Shown: positions 25,672 through 39,329, counted from the first letter of the stretch. The stretch is 64,000 bases of DNA from Chiloscyllium plagiosum (GCF_004010195.1 NC_057719.1:22944618-23008617), one strand, 5' to 3'. Translations and numbers: made by a program. The notes: generated from the sequence alone by a model not told the origin.

Positions 25672-26531
25672 ATGATTCATAAACTGATTTAGAATTTGTT
25701 GTTTTGTATTGTGCCATGCATAATTCACTTGTTTTATGACAGAAAAATGGAAACTTGAAGAGGGGCCACAGTTGATACCAATCTGGATCTAATTCTTCAT
25801 CATATGCTCAGGTCTTATTCTTTTTAACATTGGTTAAATAATTAGATACAAACATTACATTTCCGTTTCGCTGTAGTCTGCTAAACCAACCCCAATCTGA
25901 CAATGACGGTGTATTTTCATCTCTCCTTCTGGCAGTGAGGCATCACATTAATGGCAAACTGTTATGGCTGTGCACCAACTCTATTGACAGATCAGAGAAT
26001 GAACAGTATCTCCTGCTTGGGCCAAGTTCAGCTGTGGTGCAGGTCGAAAGCAGAATGAGGATTTCATGTTATCTTCGTATAATTTGTAAGATTACATCCC
26101 ATGGACATGCTAGATCAATGGAACAAAATATCAAAGTACAATGTGGCTTCTATTATCCATTGCCAAGCCATCCAGTAAAGGAACACAAAAGCTCCTTTGG
26201 TAGTCAGTCCTTGAAGCATATGTTCAGTCTTTCGGTGCCATCAGGCAGTTGGGAGAGCTGTAAGTGTCTGTGCCAGTTTCAAATTATTCAGCTCACGAGC
26301 ACTGAAAGCACAACCTTTTCCAGAGCTCTGCAATGTTTGGTTACTTTATGTAACATGTCTCTCTGTCCAAGTCAAGTCCTGGAGAAAAAAGAAGACTTGA
26401 TGGTCATAAACATCAGAGATTTCCTCCATGTCCCAGAAGTTACAAAATTGTTAATTTATTTTATATTCCCATTTAAAGTCATTGACCTGTAAGGTTCCCA
26501 ATTTCTTCCTCCACAGATGCCACCTGACTTA

Positions 26532-26842
26532 GTCATAGAGTCATAGAGCTGTGCAGCACGGAAATGCACCCTTCAGTCAAACTCATCCATGCCGATCAGA
26601 TATCCTAAATGAATCTAGTCCCATTTGCCAGCACTTGGCCCATATCCCTCTACACCCATCCTATTCATGTACCATCTAAATGCCTTTTAGAAGTAATTGT
26701 ACCAGCCTCCACCACTTCCTCTGGCAGCTCGTTCCATACACACACCACCCTCTGCATGAAAATGTTGCCCCTAAGGTTTTTTTAAATCTTTCCCCTCTCA
26801 CCCTGAACCTATGCCCTCCAGTTTTGTACTCCCCCACCCTCA
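26532..26842 (-). mobile_element. HER1/CR1 LINE 3' end
   Basis: gtcatagagtcatagag tail. Matches 14635-14900 and the reverse complement of 31060-31335. Confidence 0.9.
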
Positions 26843-27384
26843 CCCCGCTCCCTTCATGTAAAAAAAGGTATCTGTGATCAATTACTCCTTTAGATCCTCC
26901 AAAGGTGATCAAGCAAGTTCCAGAAAGTATTTATGTTCAGAATAAAGACTGGTCCTTTCAGTCTATTTGTATTTGTTGCCTTTAAGATTAAATAATTTCC
27001 ATCCTTGGATGCCTCAATTCAGTTTTTTTCATCACACATCATTAGTCTGCACCTGCTCGATTCTACACCCGAGTCTGACATGTTATGAAATCACAATTTT
27101 ACCTCGCTTATTTATTTATACTTTGTCATTTACAATTTTTCTTTGCCCCTCTTTTCTGAGTGATTAGGATGATCCATTCTCTTTCATTCATAACTAGCTG
27201 AGGGAGACCATAAAAATAAGCAAAACAGACAAACTGTTCAATTTATAAAGATAAATACTGAATAGATTCATTTATGAACAAAGAAAAGATCCCCACAAGA
27301 AAATCCTACATTAAGACAGAGGACTGAGTCTGGCAGGAATCATGTTCTGACAGAGTGAGAGTCAGGATTTGTTTTAGACATAGA

Positions 27385-28156
27385 TTTTAATGTCAAATGT
27401 ACTCGAGTACAGGAGTACAGTGAAAGGTGTACAAATCTCTGGTGCCATCTTAGTATATATAAGGCAGGAATGCAAACAGATGCAGAAATAAGATGAACAG
27501 CTAAAATAAAAGGAAACGTCTGGATCACTCCCCTCCTCCAGGATGTGTCCTCATCACCAAAAAAAACAAAGCCACAAAGTCCATCCCTCAGTCAGGGACA
27601 GTCAGGTATCCCGAGTCCCTGTATGTCACTTTAGCTGGAACACCACCTCCACCCGTCAGGCACCTGGCCACAGCCGTGAGCCTGAACTGCACCATCACCA
27701 CTGGAACCGTATCTCCATTCTTCTGCACCATCTTGCTTCCACTGACATCATCACTGCCATGAGTCTGTACTGGGCCAATCTTGACAACACAGCCACTACT
27801 GAAGCTGTCAGATCCCAAACTGGGGTCAAATTCAATGTTGGGCCCAGCATGCTGAAGTAGCTGGTGCCTCATTCTGGCTTATGTTGCTGCCACTGACATC
27901 TCCTGGGTCTGCCATTTCAGCAAAAGGCATTTCGCTGCTGCCAAAAAGCCCCCAGGGAACTGCTTCCACTGCTGTTGACTGTTTGGGTAGAAACACTGCC
28001 GCTGCACACACTACAGGGACCTCTCCCACTGAAAAAAAGAAGAAAAAAAGAAAGAGCAAAAGTAAAAGAAAGGGAAAAAAATTAAGAAAAAAGTGGACAA
28101 GCCCCAAGCTCATGCCCTGGGCCTGAATGCTGCTACTCTACTGCTGCCATCCTGGA
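27385..28156 (-). mobile_element. Non-autonomous retroelement with a Rex1-like 3' tail
   Basis: Reverse complement ends aagatggcacc...tttcactgtactcctgtactcgagtacatttgacattaaa. A similar end occurs at 58690-58745. Confidence 0.45.
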
Positions 28157-28229
28157 TATGAAAGGTACACACTCAGTGGTAGCTCTGTCTACTTAACAGA
28201 GAGAGCTTGAGGAGCTGAGACACTGAAGC

Positions 28230-28490
28230 TTAAGAACATAAGTCATTAAGACATAGTTATAGGAAAAAGGCATTCAGACCATCAGGTCTACTGTGCTGTT
28301 CAAAGAGACCATGGCAGATCCGATAACTGTCAGCTCCACTTTCCTGCCTTTCCCAATGTTCCTTTACTGAATAAGAATCAGCCTTGGATACACTTAATGA
28401 CTTAGACTTGACATCCCTCTGTCGTAAAGAATTTCACAGATTCACTACTTTCTCAGAGGAGAAATTCATCCTCATCTCTGTTTAAATTTC
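28230..28490 (-). mobile_element. CR1 3' end
   Basis: taagaacataag tail; similar to 39330-39590. Confidence 0.78.
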
Positions 28491-29324
28491 TTCAAAACCA
28501 CTCAGAATGAATGGAATATAAATAAAAATTCTTCTCTATCAAACAGTTCTTTTGACAAATCTTCACAATGGTGGAAAATTGTCAGTTATTTTAATATTTT
28601 CTTGAGACTGCTTTCAGTTTTCAATTTCCGTCTAAACTCAAATTAATTTTTAAAAATGTCAATAGGTTTCTTCACTCATTTTGTCAAGCAATTTCCATCA
28701 ATTTGGCCAGGATGTTCCACCGTTTATTTTCTTGTCATGTGTCTTACTGAGTATTAGACAGGCTGGGATCATTTGAAACCCAATACCTGCAAGGATATAA
28801 ACTCGATTTCGATCAGTTTATTGGTTTTGATGCTGCCCGGATACAGGTCTGACACTTGCTAGCATCTGGACATGAGGGAAGAAAGTCAGCTGTTGCTGAA
28901 ACCTGGCAGCCTTTAGATTGGCTGCTATCCAATGAAGATTTCCTATAGCTGTTCAAATACAGCCTTGAGCCACAAACCCTAGTGATTCCTGTTGGGTCTG
29001 TCAAAGAGAAACTAACCGATTAATGTGTCGACTGCACAGAAAGGATGTGGGTACCATTGATTTTTCCATGGAGGTTGGATCTGAAGTTGGCACTGTTATT
29101 TACTTTGTTGTTGCAACTAGCATTTACCCTTATGTCACTTTTTTTTTGGCTTTTGGATAACTGATTCTTTATTTTCTAAGGGAGGAAACCAAAGGCAGAA
29201 ACATGCTGTAGTGCAATGATCTTTTATAACTTGTGCCAATCCAGTGAAATACTGGTGATGTTCAACATATTTTGTGCTTGCCCCTGTGTGTTGTGAATGT
29301 CTGATTGCAATGTGTTCAATTTAA

Positions 29325-30740
29325 GAAACAAACATAGAACCAAAGAGTATAAGTAGACCATCTGGCCCAACAAATCTGCACTGTCATTCAATACGATCAT
29401 GGCTGATGCTCCATTCTCAATGTCTTATCCCCACTTTCTCCCCATACCCCGAGATGCCTTTACAATCTAAATATTTATTTATCCCTTTCTTGAATGCATT
29501 GGCCTCCACAGCCTTGTATGAGAGAGAATTCTATATGTTCATTATTCTTTGAGTGAAGAATTTATTTCCTCCTCTCAGTTCTAAATGGCCTAGCCCATGT
29601 CCTGAGACTTAGATCCCTGGTTCTAGATTCCCCAACCAGGGAAATCATTTTCCTTGCAACTAGTCTGTGCAACCCTGTTTAAATTTTCAATGTTTCAATC
29701 AGATCTCCTCTCATTCTTGTAAACTCCAGTGAATACAGGCTGTCCAACAAATCTCTCCTTATTGGACAATCCTGGTATCAGCTTACCGAATTTCCATTAC
29801 ACATGCTCGATGTCAAGTATATCTTTTTTTAGGTAGATGACCAAAACTGCACACAACACTCCAAGTGTCATCTTGCCAATGTCCTGTATAACTGTTGTAA
29901 GACATCCCTACTTCGGAACTTAAAATCCTCTCACAATGAAAGGCTAGTTTAATATTTGTCTTCCTAATTGCTAACTGAGCTTGCCTGCCCACTTTTATTG
30001 ATTGGTATATATAAGGATTACCAGAGTTTTAAAAAAAATCACCATTTGAATAGTACTCTTGCTTTCAGTTTTTCGTATTGAAGTTATAACTTGAAGTGTA
30101 TAACTTAATATTTAGCTATGTTACAGTGTGTTGGGGAGGCAATGGCCTCGTGGTATTATCGCTGAACTGTTAATCTAAAGACCGAGGTAATGTTCTAGAC
30201 TTGGCTTTGAACCCCACTACAGCAGGTGGTAGAATTTGAATTTGACAAAAATCTGGAATTAGGCATGTAATAATGACCATGAATTGATTGTCAGGAAAAG
30301 CCCATTTGGTTCACTAATGTCTTTTAGCAATAGAAATTGCCATCCACACCTGGTCTGGCTACATGTGACTCTAGACCCACAGCAGTGTGGCTGATTTCCA
30401 ATTGCCCTCTGGGTAATTATGGATGGGCAATAAATGCTGGCCTAGCCAGCAACACCCTCATCCTGGCTGTGACTAAAAATAATTCCCACTCACTTAACTT
30501 GTCTTAATCACATTGAAGCCTTCCTACATCTTTCTCATGATTCACAATCCCACCTACTTTTGTGTTGGAAGCAAACTTGAAAATATTACATTCGGTTCCC
30601 TCATTCAAATCATTTATGTATTTATGGATAGCTGAATCCAAGCATTGATCCTTGCAGTACCCCACTAGTTACTGCCAATCACCTGAAAAAGAAATATTTA
30701 CACTCTCTGTTTCCTGTCTGTCAACCAATTATCAGTTCCA
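29325..30740 (-). mobile_element. CR1 LINE fragment interrupted by a SINE
   Basis: CR1 tail at the left end and RT motifs (rc GVLQGSML, ISKFA) at the right. SINE inserted at 30133-30482. Confidence 0.85.
30133..30482 (+). mobile_element. tRNA-derived SINE, full length
   Basis: Head ggggaggcaatggcctcgtggtattatc. Tail ggatgggcaataaatgctggcctagccagc is shared with the LINE at 43759-44240. Confidence 0.88.
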
Positions 30741-30867
30741 ATAAAAGTTAATCAAGACAGTTAAGATAGAAGGGGAGTTCCAGGGGACATACTAAGAGAA
30801 TGAAGCCAGGATTCTATGGTTTTGAAAAAAAAAATACAGGAAGGATGTTGCGAAAATTAAAAGGCTT

Positions 30868-31335
30868 CTGAAACGATTTACAAGGATGTTGCCAGGGTTG
30901 GAGGGTTTGAGCTGTAAGCAGAGGCTGAATAGGCTAGGGCTGTGTTTCCTGGAGCATCAGAGACTGAGTGGTGACCATATAGGGGTTTATAACATCATGA
31001 CGGACATGGATGGGTAAACAGACAAGGTCATTTCCCCGGAGTGTGGGAGTCCAAAACTAGAGGGCATAGGTTTAAGATGAGAGGGGAAAGATTTAAAGTG
31101 GCAGTTGTTTTCAAGCAGAGGATGGTGCATTTATGGAATGAGTTGTCAGAGGAAGTGATGGGGGCTATACAATTACATTTATAAGGCATTTGGATGGGTA
31201 TATGAATAGGAAGGGTTTAGAGGGTTATGGGCCAAATGCTGGCAAATGGGACTAGATTAATTTAGGATGTCTGGTCAGTATGGACAAGTTGGACTGAAGG
31301 ATCTGTTTCCATGCTCTAATTTCTATGACTCTATG
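30868..31335 (+). mobile_element. HER1/CR1 LINE 3' fragment
   Basis: KRFTRMLPGLEGL motif; tail ctatgactctatg. Confidence 0.9.
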
Positions 31336-32103
31336 CAATCCACAATATGAGTTCAACATTTTTCTAACACTGTGGTGTATATGGGTAATAAGTATATGGG
31401 TAATAAGCATCAAATAACAAATGTTAACAAGCCAGATCCTAGAGATTTCTAAACAACTCTCCCCACACATTAATGACTGGTTGGGTCATTACATCTCATT
31501 ACAATTCACAGTTCTTGGTTTTTGCTGATCCCTCTCAAGGGCTGTTCTGTCATAGATAGTCTCAATGACTACTCCTATTCTGATTAATCACCATCCTGTC
31601 TTGGCTCTATACTCCCCTGGACCCTGAAACTGCACTCCAGTACTTATTCAACAGCTCAATTCCAGCTTTCCACCAACTGCTAACTTCACAGAGCTAGATA
31701 GGCCCTTGGGTTTTCCCTGAGCTCGAATTTTGCTCATTTGTATGTAGTAAATACCGTTTGTGTGTTTTTCAGTATCCACACTCTCTCAGCTGTTCTGAAG
31801 TATTAACGCCTGCTTAGGTTCTTCTGAGCCTCTTACAGTTTCTCCAAAATAGAGCCAGTTCTCACTTTCTCAGCTCTCCAGGACTTCTGAATCCTGACTA
31901 CACTGAGCAAGTCAATTGCTCTTGACCCCTTATTGGAAATCAGCATTCCAAATATGGCATCTGCCCCTGTTCCTGTCCATTGAAACACTGTCTCCAAAAC
32001 AGCTTTTTCTGTTCCCTAAACTGTACTGAGTGAGCTATTGAAATCCTCGCAATGAGTCCCATCGCAGGGCAGAACTGAATGTCTTCACCTGACTACTGTT
32101 GGA

Positions 32104-32232
32104 GAAAGAGAGGACTGCAGATGCTGGAGATCAGAGTCAAGAAATGAGGCACTGGAAAAGCACAGCATGTCAAGCAGCATCCGAGAAGCAGGAAAATCGA
32201 CATTTTAGGCAAAAGCTCTTCATCAGAAATGA
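32104..32232 (-). mobile_element. Short PLE-terminal insertion (family B) with hammerhead motif
   Basis: Reverse complement tcatttCTGATGAagagcttttgcct(A)AAAtgtcgatt. 7-bp TSD tgttgga (32097-32103, 32233-32239). Confidence 0.78.
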
Positions 32233-32497
32233 TGTTGGAACACTACTCTATAAATATTGCAATTTCATAGAATGTTAGACATGGATTTTATCACAATCTT
32301 TAATTCTAGTCCCTTGGGCTTCCTGATTTCAATGGAGAGACAGTGGATCAATGGACCAGTAATCTAGAGATCTGAAGTAATAGTCTCGGGAAGAAGGGTT
32401 CAAATTTCAATATGGCAGCTGATTGAATTTAAATTAAATTAATAAATCTGGAATACAAAGCCTACCCAGCAATGGTGACCACAAAGCTGCCATCAAT

Positions 32498-35400
32498 GTG
32501 TGCAGGGTGTAAGATTGAGGCAGATGAGGAATGAAACAAAGAAGAAGGATAGCTTAGAACATATTACTAAAGGTGATGGAAATGCTGTGGTTCTGTTCGC
32601 CGAGCTGGAAGTTTTTGTTGCAAATGTTTCGTCCCCTGTCTAGGTGACATTCTCAGTGCTTGGGAGCCTCCTGTGAAGCGCTTCTGTGGTGTTTCCTCCG
32701 GCATTTATAGTGGCCTGTCCCTGCTATAAAGCGAAACAAAGAACAGCCAGGGAATTCCTAGAAGCATGGCACTCATCCACAAACTTCATCAACAAACACA
32801 TTGACCTGGACCCAATATACCGGCCACTAGAGCGGACAGCTGAAACTGACAACCGGAAGCGGCAGGGACAGGCCACTATAAATGCCGGAGGAAACACCAC
32901 AGAAGCACTTCACAGGAGGCTCCCAAGCACTGAGGATGCAGTTTGCAACAAAACGTTTGCAACAAAAACTTCCAGCTCGGCGAACAGAACCACAGCAACG
33001 AGCACCCGAGCTACAAATCTTCTCACAAACTTTGAAGGTGATGGAAATCACGAGGATAAGAAAATTAGCATTAAGGTGCTTTACCTGAATGCTCATAGTA
33101 TTCATAATAAAGTATATGAATTAACAGCACAAATCATCGTAAATGATTATGATGTGGTAGGCATCATGGAGATGTAGTTGCAGGGGGTTGAGGCCTGGCA
33201 GTTAAACATCAAAAGATTCACAACTTATCAAAAAGACAGAGAGGTGGGCAGGACGGCAGGGTTACTTTGTTAGTTAAGAATGAAATTAAATCTATGGCAT
33301 TGAGTGACATAAGGTTAGATGATGTGGATTCTGTGTGGGTGGAGTTGAGGAACCACAAAGACACAAAAAACATAATGGGAGCTATGTACAGACCTTCCAG
33401 CAGTGCTCACGACCAGGGGCGCAAGATGTACCAGGAGATAGTTAGAGCATGTCAGAAAGGTAAGGTCACGGTGATCATGGCGGACTTCAATATGCAAATG
33501 AACAGGGTGAATAATGTTGCTGGTGGATACAAAGAAAGGGAAGTCATGGAATGCTAACAGGATGGCTTTTTGGAACAGCTTGTGATGGAGCCCACAAGGC
33601 AGCAGGCTATTCTGGACTTAGTGCGATGTAACGAGCCAGACTTTATAAAAGATCTTAAAGTCAGGGAACAGTTAGGAGGCAGCGATCATAATATGGTAGA
33701 GTTCAGTCTGCAGTTTGAAAGAGAGAAGGCAAAGTCGGATGTAATGGTGTTACAGTTACATAAATGTAATTACTGGGCATGAGAGAGGAACTGATGAAAA
33801 TCGATTGGAAGCAGAGCCTAGTGGGGAAGACAGTAGAGCAACAATGGCAGGAGTTTCTGGGTGTAATTGAGGACACAGTACAGAGGTTCATTCCAAAGAA
33901 AAGAAAACTTACCCAGGGGATTTGACAACCATGGCTGGCAAAAGAAGTCAGGAAATGTTTCATAGAAAAAGAGAGAGCCTATAAAGTGGCCAAGAGCACT
34001 GGGAAATCAGAAGCTGGGAACACTACAAAAACAAACAGAGGATAACAAAGAGAGAAATAAGGAAGGAGAGGATCAAGTATGAAGGTAAGCTAGCCAGTAA
34101 TGTTAGAAATGATAGTAAAAGTTTCTTTCAATACATAAGAAACAAACAAGAGGCAAAAGTAGAAATTGGATCGTTCCAAATTGATGCAGGAAGGTGAGTG
34201 ATGGGAGATAAGGAAATAGCTGAAGAACTTAATAAATAGTTTGTGTCAGTCTTCACAGTGGAAGACATGAATAATATCACAAAAATTGGGGAGAGTCAAG
34301 GGGCAGGGTTGAGTTTGGTGGCCATTACAAAAGAAAAAGTACTTGAAAAGCTAAAAGGTCTAAAAATTGATAAATGCTGTGGCCCGGATGGGCTACATGC
34401 TAGAGTTCTGAGGGAGATGGTTGAAGAAATAATGGAGGTTTTGGGTGTAATCTTTCAAATGTCACAGGAGTCAGGGAAAGTCCCAGATGATTGGAAAATC
34501 GCTGTTGTAACCCCCCTGTTCAGGAAAGGATCAAGACAAAAGATGGAAAATTATAGGCTGATTAGCCTAACCTTGGTTGTTGGTAAAATTCTAGAATCCA
34601 TCGTTAAAGATGAGATTTCTAAATTCTTGGAAGTGCAGGGTCTTATTAGAACAAGTCAGCATGGATTTAGTATGGGGGGTCATGCCTGACAAACCAGTTA
34701 GAATTCTTTGAAGAGGTAACAAGTAGGTTTGACCAGGGAAACCTAGTGGATGTTATCTACCTAGACTTCCAAAAGGCCTTTGATAAGATGCCTCACAGGA
34801 CGCTGCTGAGTAAGATGAGGGCCCATGGTGTTCAAGGTGAGCTACTGGCATGGATTGAGGATTGGTTATCTGACAGAAGGCAGAGAGTTGGGATAAAAAG
34901 TTCTTTTTCAGAATGGCAGCAAGTGATAAGTGGTGTCCCGCAGGGTTCAGTGGTGGGGCCGCAGCTGTTCATTTTATATATTAATGATCTGGACAAAAGG
35001 ACTGGGGGCATTCTGGTGAAGTTTGCCAATGATAAGAAGTTAGATAGACAGGCAGGTAGTACTGAGGAGGTGGAGAGGCTGCAGAAAGATTTAGACAGTT
35101 TAGGAGAGTGGTCCAAGAAATGGCTGATGAAATTCATAGTGAGCAAATGTGAGGTCCTGTACTTTGGAAAACAAGAGCACAAGCATGGACTATTTTATAA
35201 ATGGTGAGAAAATTCATAAAGCCAAAGTACAAAGGGATCTGGGAGTGCTAGTACAGGATTCTCTAAAAGTTAACTTGCAGGTTGAGTCCGTGATTAAGAA
35301 AGCAAATGTAATGTTGTCATTTATCTCAAGAGGGTTGAAATGTAAAAGCAGTGATGTCCTACTGAGACTTTATAAAGCTCTGGTTAGACCCCACTTAGAA

Positions 35401-35954
35401 TACTATGTCCAGGTTTGGGCCGAACACCTCAGGAAGGACATATTGGCACTGGAGTGTGACCAGTGGAGATTCACATGGATGATCCCTTGAATGGTAGGCC
35501 TTAACATACAATGAACGGGCTGAGGATCCTGGGACTGTATTCATTAGAGTTTAGAAGATTGAGGGGAGATCTAATAGAAACTTACAAGGTAATGCATGGC
35601 TTAGAAAGGGTGGATGCTGGGAATTTGTTTCTGTCAGGCAGGGATACTAGGACCCATGGGCACAGCCTTAGAATTAGAGTGAGTCAATTTAGAATGGAAT
35701 TGAGGAGACATTTCTTCAGCCAGAGAGTGGTGGGCCTGTGAAATTCATTGCCGCGGAGTGCAGTGGAGGCCAGGACATTAAATGTCTTCAAGGCAGAGAT
35801 TGATAAATTCTTAAACTCGCAAGGAATTAAGGGATATGGGGAGAGTGCGGGTAAGTGGTGTTGAAATGCCCGTCAGCCATGATATAAAGGCAGATGGACT
35901 CGATGGGCCAAATGGCCTTACTTCCACTCCTATTTCTTATGGTCTTATGGTCTT
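32498..35954 (+). mobile_element. CR1 LINE with nearly complete but disrupted ORF2 (APE endonuclease + RT) and 3' tail
   Basis: VLYLNAHSIHNK, MADFN, LGGSDHN, GPDGLH, YLDFQKAFD, GVPQGSVVGP and RPHLEY motifs, with several stops and frameshifts. Tail cttatggtcttatggtctt. Confidence 0.96.
32584..33034 (+). mobile_element. Penelope 3' fragment with an inverted terminal copy, nested in CR1
   Basis: AKQRTAREFLEAWHS..INKHIDLDPIY (GIY-YIG C-terminus). Arms 32584-32724 and 32862-32996 are inverted. 14-bp TSD aaggtgatggaaat (32570-32583, 33035-33048). Confidence 0.92.
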
Positions 35955-36454
35955 AATTGTTGTTAAAGCCTATATGATTCACTCCTTTCAGAAAAAGGCC
36001 TGACTCCAGACCCACAGCAATTTAATTGACTGCAAAATACGCCCTGAAATAGTTTAGAAAGCTTCTTAGTTGAAAGGCAATGAGGGATGGACAACTTGCC
36101 TTCACCAATCATAGCAAAATCCCATGAAAGAATAAATACATTATTTCACCTTTGGTGGTGTACCTTCAACTGACTAGGCCTTAATTCCCAAATGCAATTC
36201 TTACCCTTTTCTCTTGACTTTTATTGTACTTCCTTAAACCTTCTTCTTTAATGAAATTTTCAGTTGCTTGTCATAATCCCTCTCATGTCTTTCAATGTCA
36301 GATTTTGCAACAGCACCTTGCAACTTGTTTATGTTAAGGTTGCTAAACAAATATGTTGTTGTAAAAAAAAATCCCAGGCAGGCTGGAAGACAAAGTCAAG
36401 TCTGTAGGAGGGAGAAACATGCCCTTAAACGAGGACAGAAATTGCTGGATTCAT

Positions 36455-36582
36455 TTCTGAAGAAGGGTCACTGGACCCAAAACATTAACTCTGATTTCTC
36501 TCCACAGATGCTGCTGGACTTGCTGAGCTTTTCCAGCAATTTCTGTTTTGTTTCTGATTTCCAGCATCTGCAGTTCTTTGAT
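36455..36582 (+). mobile_element. Short PLE-associated fragment (family D) with hammerhead motif
   Basis: tttCTGAAGAagggtcactggaccc(A)AAAcattaac... Confidence 0.78.
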
Positions 36583-38631
36583 TTTTTTTTGTTGTTTAAA
36601 ACCATTCTCTTGGTAGGAGTCCTTTTAGGTTGGTAAATGTAATGGATACTTTAGTGGAATCCATTTTAAGGCCAACAGAGGTCCATCCCCAGGTAAGCCA
36701 CACCTGCCTTTAACAATTTATTTTGGGCACTCAAAGGTTCTAGAGAAAGTACTGGGACCAGGCAGATCTATGTTTTTCTGGTTGTTTCCTTCCGTACTTT
36801 GTTATAGGAAAATATCAAAAGTTCTAACAATTTTCAAGCCTCACATGTGCAAGTTCAGAGTACCAATAAAGCTTTGCAACCACTTTATTAATTGCCTCAC
36901 AGGGAGCTTGCACTCGATTCACCTTTATAGCAAAAGCACTGACCATCTCATTACAGGGTATTTCATGTGAATCATGGAAGATTTAATTAATATTCCGTGA
37001 AATCAGTTCTTTTGTCATATTTTGATCTCCACACACGGCATCGCTGTCGAAAACAAGCCTTCCAAACAAATTTTTCATCCTTCCCTCACGTTATGTACCA
37101 CTATTGTCATGTTTTATTTGATAGCATTAAAATGAAAATGACATTCTCTTCAAAACATTGCAGCTATCTAATAATTCAAACTAGGAAGCAGTCAATGCAT
37201 TTTTTTTCCAGGCATACAGACACAGTTCTATCATCCAACCTACAGGCAGATCAATCAAGACGAAAGGTGCATATTACATTTCAAATTGAAATAAATAGAC
37301 TTGCAAATATTAATCAATAAATACATTGTAAATCTTTTCCGGGTTGCTATTCAGGACACTCATTCTAAATGGTTACTTTCATATTTAAAGACATCTCATT
37401 ATTTAGTGGTTTAAATATCTTAGTAAGAAGAAGCCTGTGTGGATTTATAAAAGGTGAGCAGTCTGCCTGACAAAATGTTTTTGTTTCTTTGTGAATATCA
37501 TTTAGTAAGTCAGTAACACATCTCTCTGTGGTACCATTTATTTAAAATGTTATATAATCTCTTTCGCAAAGTTTCCAATGAAAGGCCTTGAATTAACTAA
37601 ATGCAACAGAAAACAGGGTTACAATGTATGTTTGGATTAAGAAGGATGTAGTTCTTCTGAGAAGCCTGATATTACACGTGAAAATGTGCCATGCCAATCT
37701 GGAAAGTGTAGGTTTTCATTCCCACTTTTCCTGGTCCCATGGGTTTAACTCTAGATATCAATAACCAACAGCAATTGTTCTTTGCGAGAGCAAGGTACAC
37801 TATTAAAATACCGCAATAATAGTAAGTCATCACAAGCTGATCATACAATGCCTACAGGCATAAGTGAACCGGTTGACTGAGGATCAGACCAGACCTGTTC
37901 TGTCTCAATTTCCAGTCTCTGATTAGAAAACTCTCCTGTGTTCATTAACTATCACTCTGTGGTTAGCTTTCTTCTGCCGTTTTTCCATACAGACAAGGCT
38001 GTGCACTCAAACTTTCCAGCAACTTGATCGGTTTGACCACTGGCAGGCATGTCATTCACCAAGGCTCGCTCGGTTTAGTTACTCATTAAGACTTGCTTGT
38101 TTCTTCCTGGAGAGAGGTTTATCTCTTGATTTTAATAAACTCTCACCTCATGCTTGGCTTGCTGTCACTAGTGCCCTAGATGTCATCCAATCAACTGTAC
38201 GAAATTAATGCAAGACAATTCTGTGTTCAAAAATACTCCATTTAGCTGATAGTCACATTATCATCTAGTTCACTGTGTCTGCTTTAAAACAGGATGCCAG
38301 CTTTTCAGTGTTACTGTGACAGTTTACTCCATTTCTGTCAAGTTTAAAACACTTAATTAAACACACACCTTCCTTCTGACAGAGAAACATTAAGATCAGC
38401 AACCTTGCTAACCATTAGGTCATCAACTAATGATTGACTTTTCAATAGAGCAAACTTTTTTTTTCATTTCATTTTATTTCAACTAACCCAGCTACTTTAA
38501 GTTACAATCAATGGAAGGGACTATATCAGGCTGGTCAAGGCTTGAGAAGAGTCATACAATGGTTGCAAGTTAGATTTATAAAGAGCATAACTAGTTAACG
38601 AAAGAACGGTTTAATGACTATACTTAAATAT

Positions 38632-38955
38632 ATAAAGGCTTGTATTTAAATATTGCCTTTCATGAAAATGTTTTATATTTGAAGTGCAATAATGATTGTT
38701 AAGAAGTAAATGCAGCAGTGAACTTGCAAACAGCAAGATCCCACAAACCACAATTCGATAATAATTGTGATAATAAGAAGTATATACGTTTAAAATGTTG
38801 GACAGATCAGTAGGAGAACTCACTAGCTCTTCTTTAAATACTGAGATTTTGGGATTCCCTGAGAGAGCAGGCTTCTTTCTGCACTCCTTGAAATTACAGC
38901 CTACATTTTGTGGAGCAAGGTTTGAATTTCCTTAGCTTAATCTTGCCACTAACTG
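38632..38955 (-). mobile_element. Deu-domain SINE, old
   Basis: Reverse complement contains tgtgggatcttgctgtttgcaagttcactgctgcattt and a DeuSINE-like tail. Confidence 0.6.
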
Positions 38956-39329
38956 AAGTTCCATGATGTCTCTTTATGGGAAGGTCTACCAAATAGCAAG
39001 TTAACTCAGTAGCAGGAAGGTCACTGGCAGGCTTTTCCCTGGAATCCAGCTGCCCGGGACTATTATCTCTCTTCCGGTGAGCTGCCTTTAATTCCTTTGC
39101 TTGAGGGCTCTCTGCATCTGACCCTGAAGTTGATCAGCTCACTGCATGCTTTTAGCTATCATGCAGTCTACACGGTGATAGGCCCATCCATCACTGGGTC
39201 ATTCCCAGCCACAGTCATCCTTAATTGTCCACATAATTTGCTGGTGGGTCAGGAAAATCAAACATGGACCTTCCCACCTAATTCAGGCCAAGGTGGGAAT
39301 TAGCTACACCACCATCCACCTTTAAAACT

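Larger units (their letters stand above)
32332..36138 (+). mobile_element. Old tRNA-derived SINE split by a CR1 insertion (pieces 32332-32497 and 35955-36138)
   Basis: The two pieces join to give a 30133-like SINE, with aat repeated at both junctions. Confidence 0.68.

Noticed and set aside
25935..26492. Longest non-TE ORF (185 aa)
   Set aside because: GTG start, no recognisable domain, and composition typical of non-coding DNA.
31377..31407. 15-bp tandem duplication gtatatgggtaataa
   Set aside because: Ordinary two-copy slippage duplication with no further structure.
32686..33177. 163-aa ORF fusing Penelope GIY-YIG C-terminus to CR1 endonuclease N-terminus
   Set aside because: Chance read-through across a nested insertion. 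It has a GTG start, neither domain is complete, and it stops early.
33060..35954. Active CR1 ORF2
   Set aside because: Multiple stops and frameshifts, the RT catalytic motif reads FAND, and the 5' end is missing.
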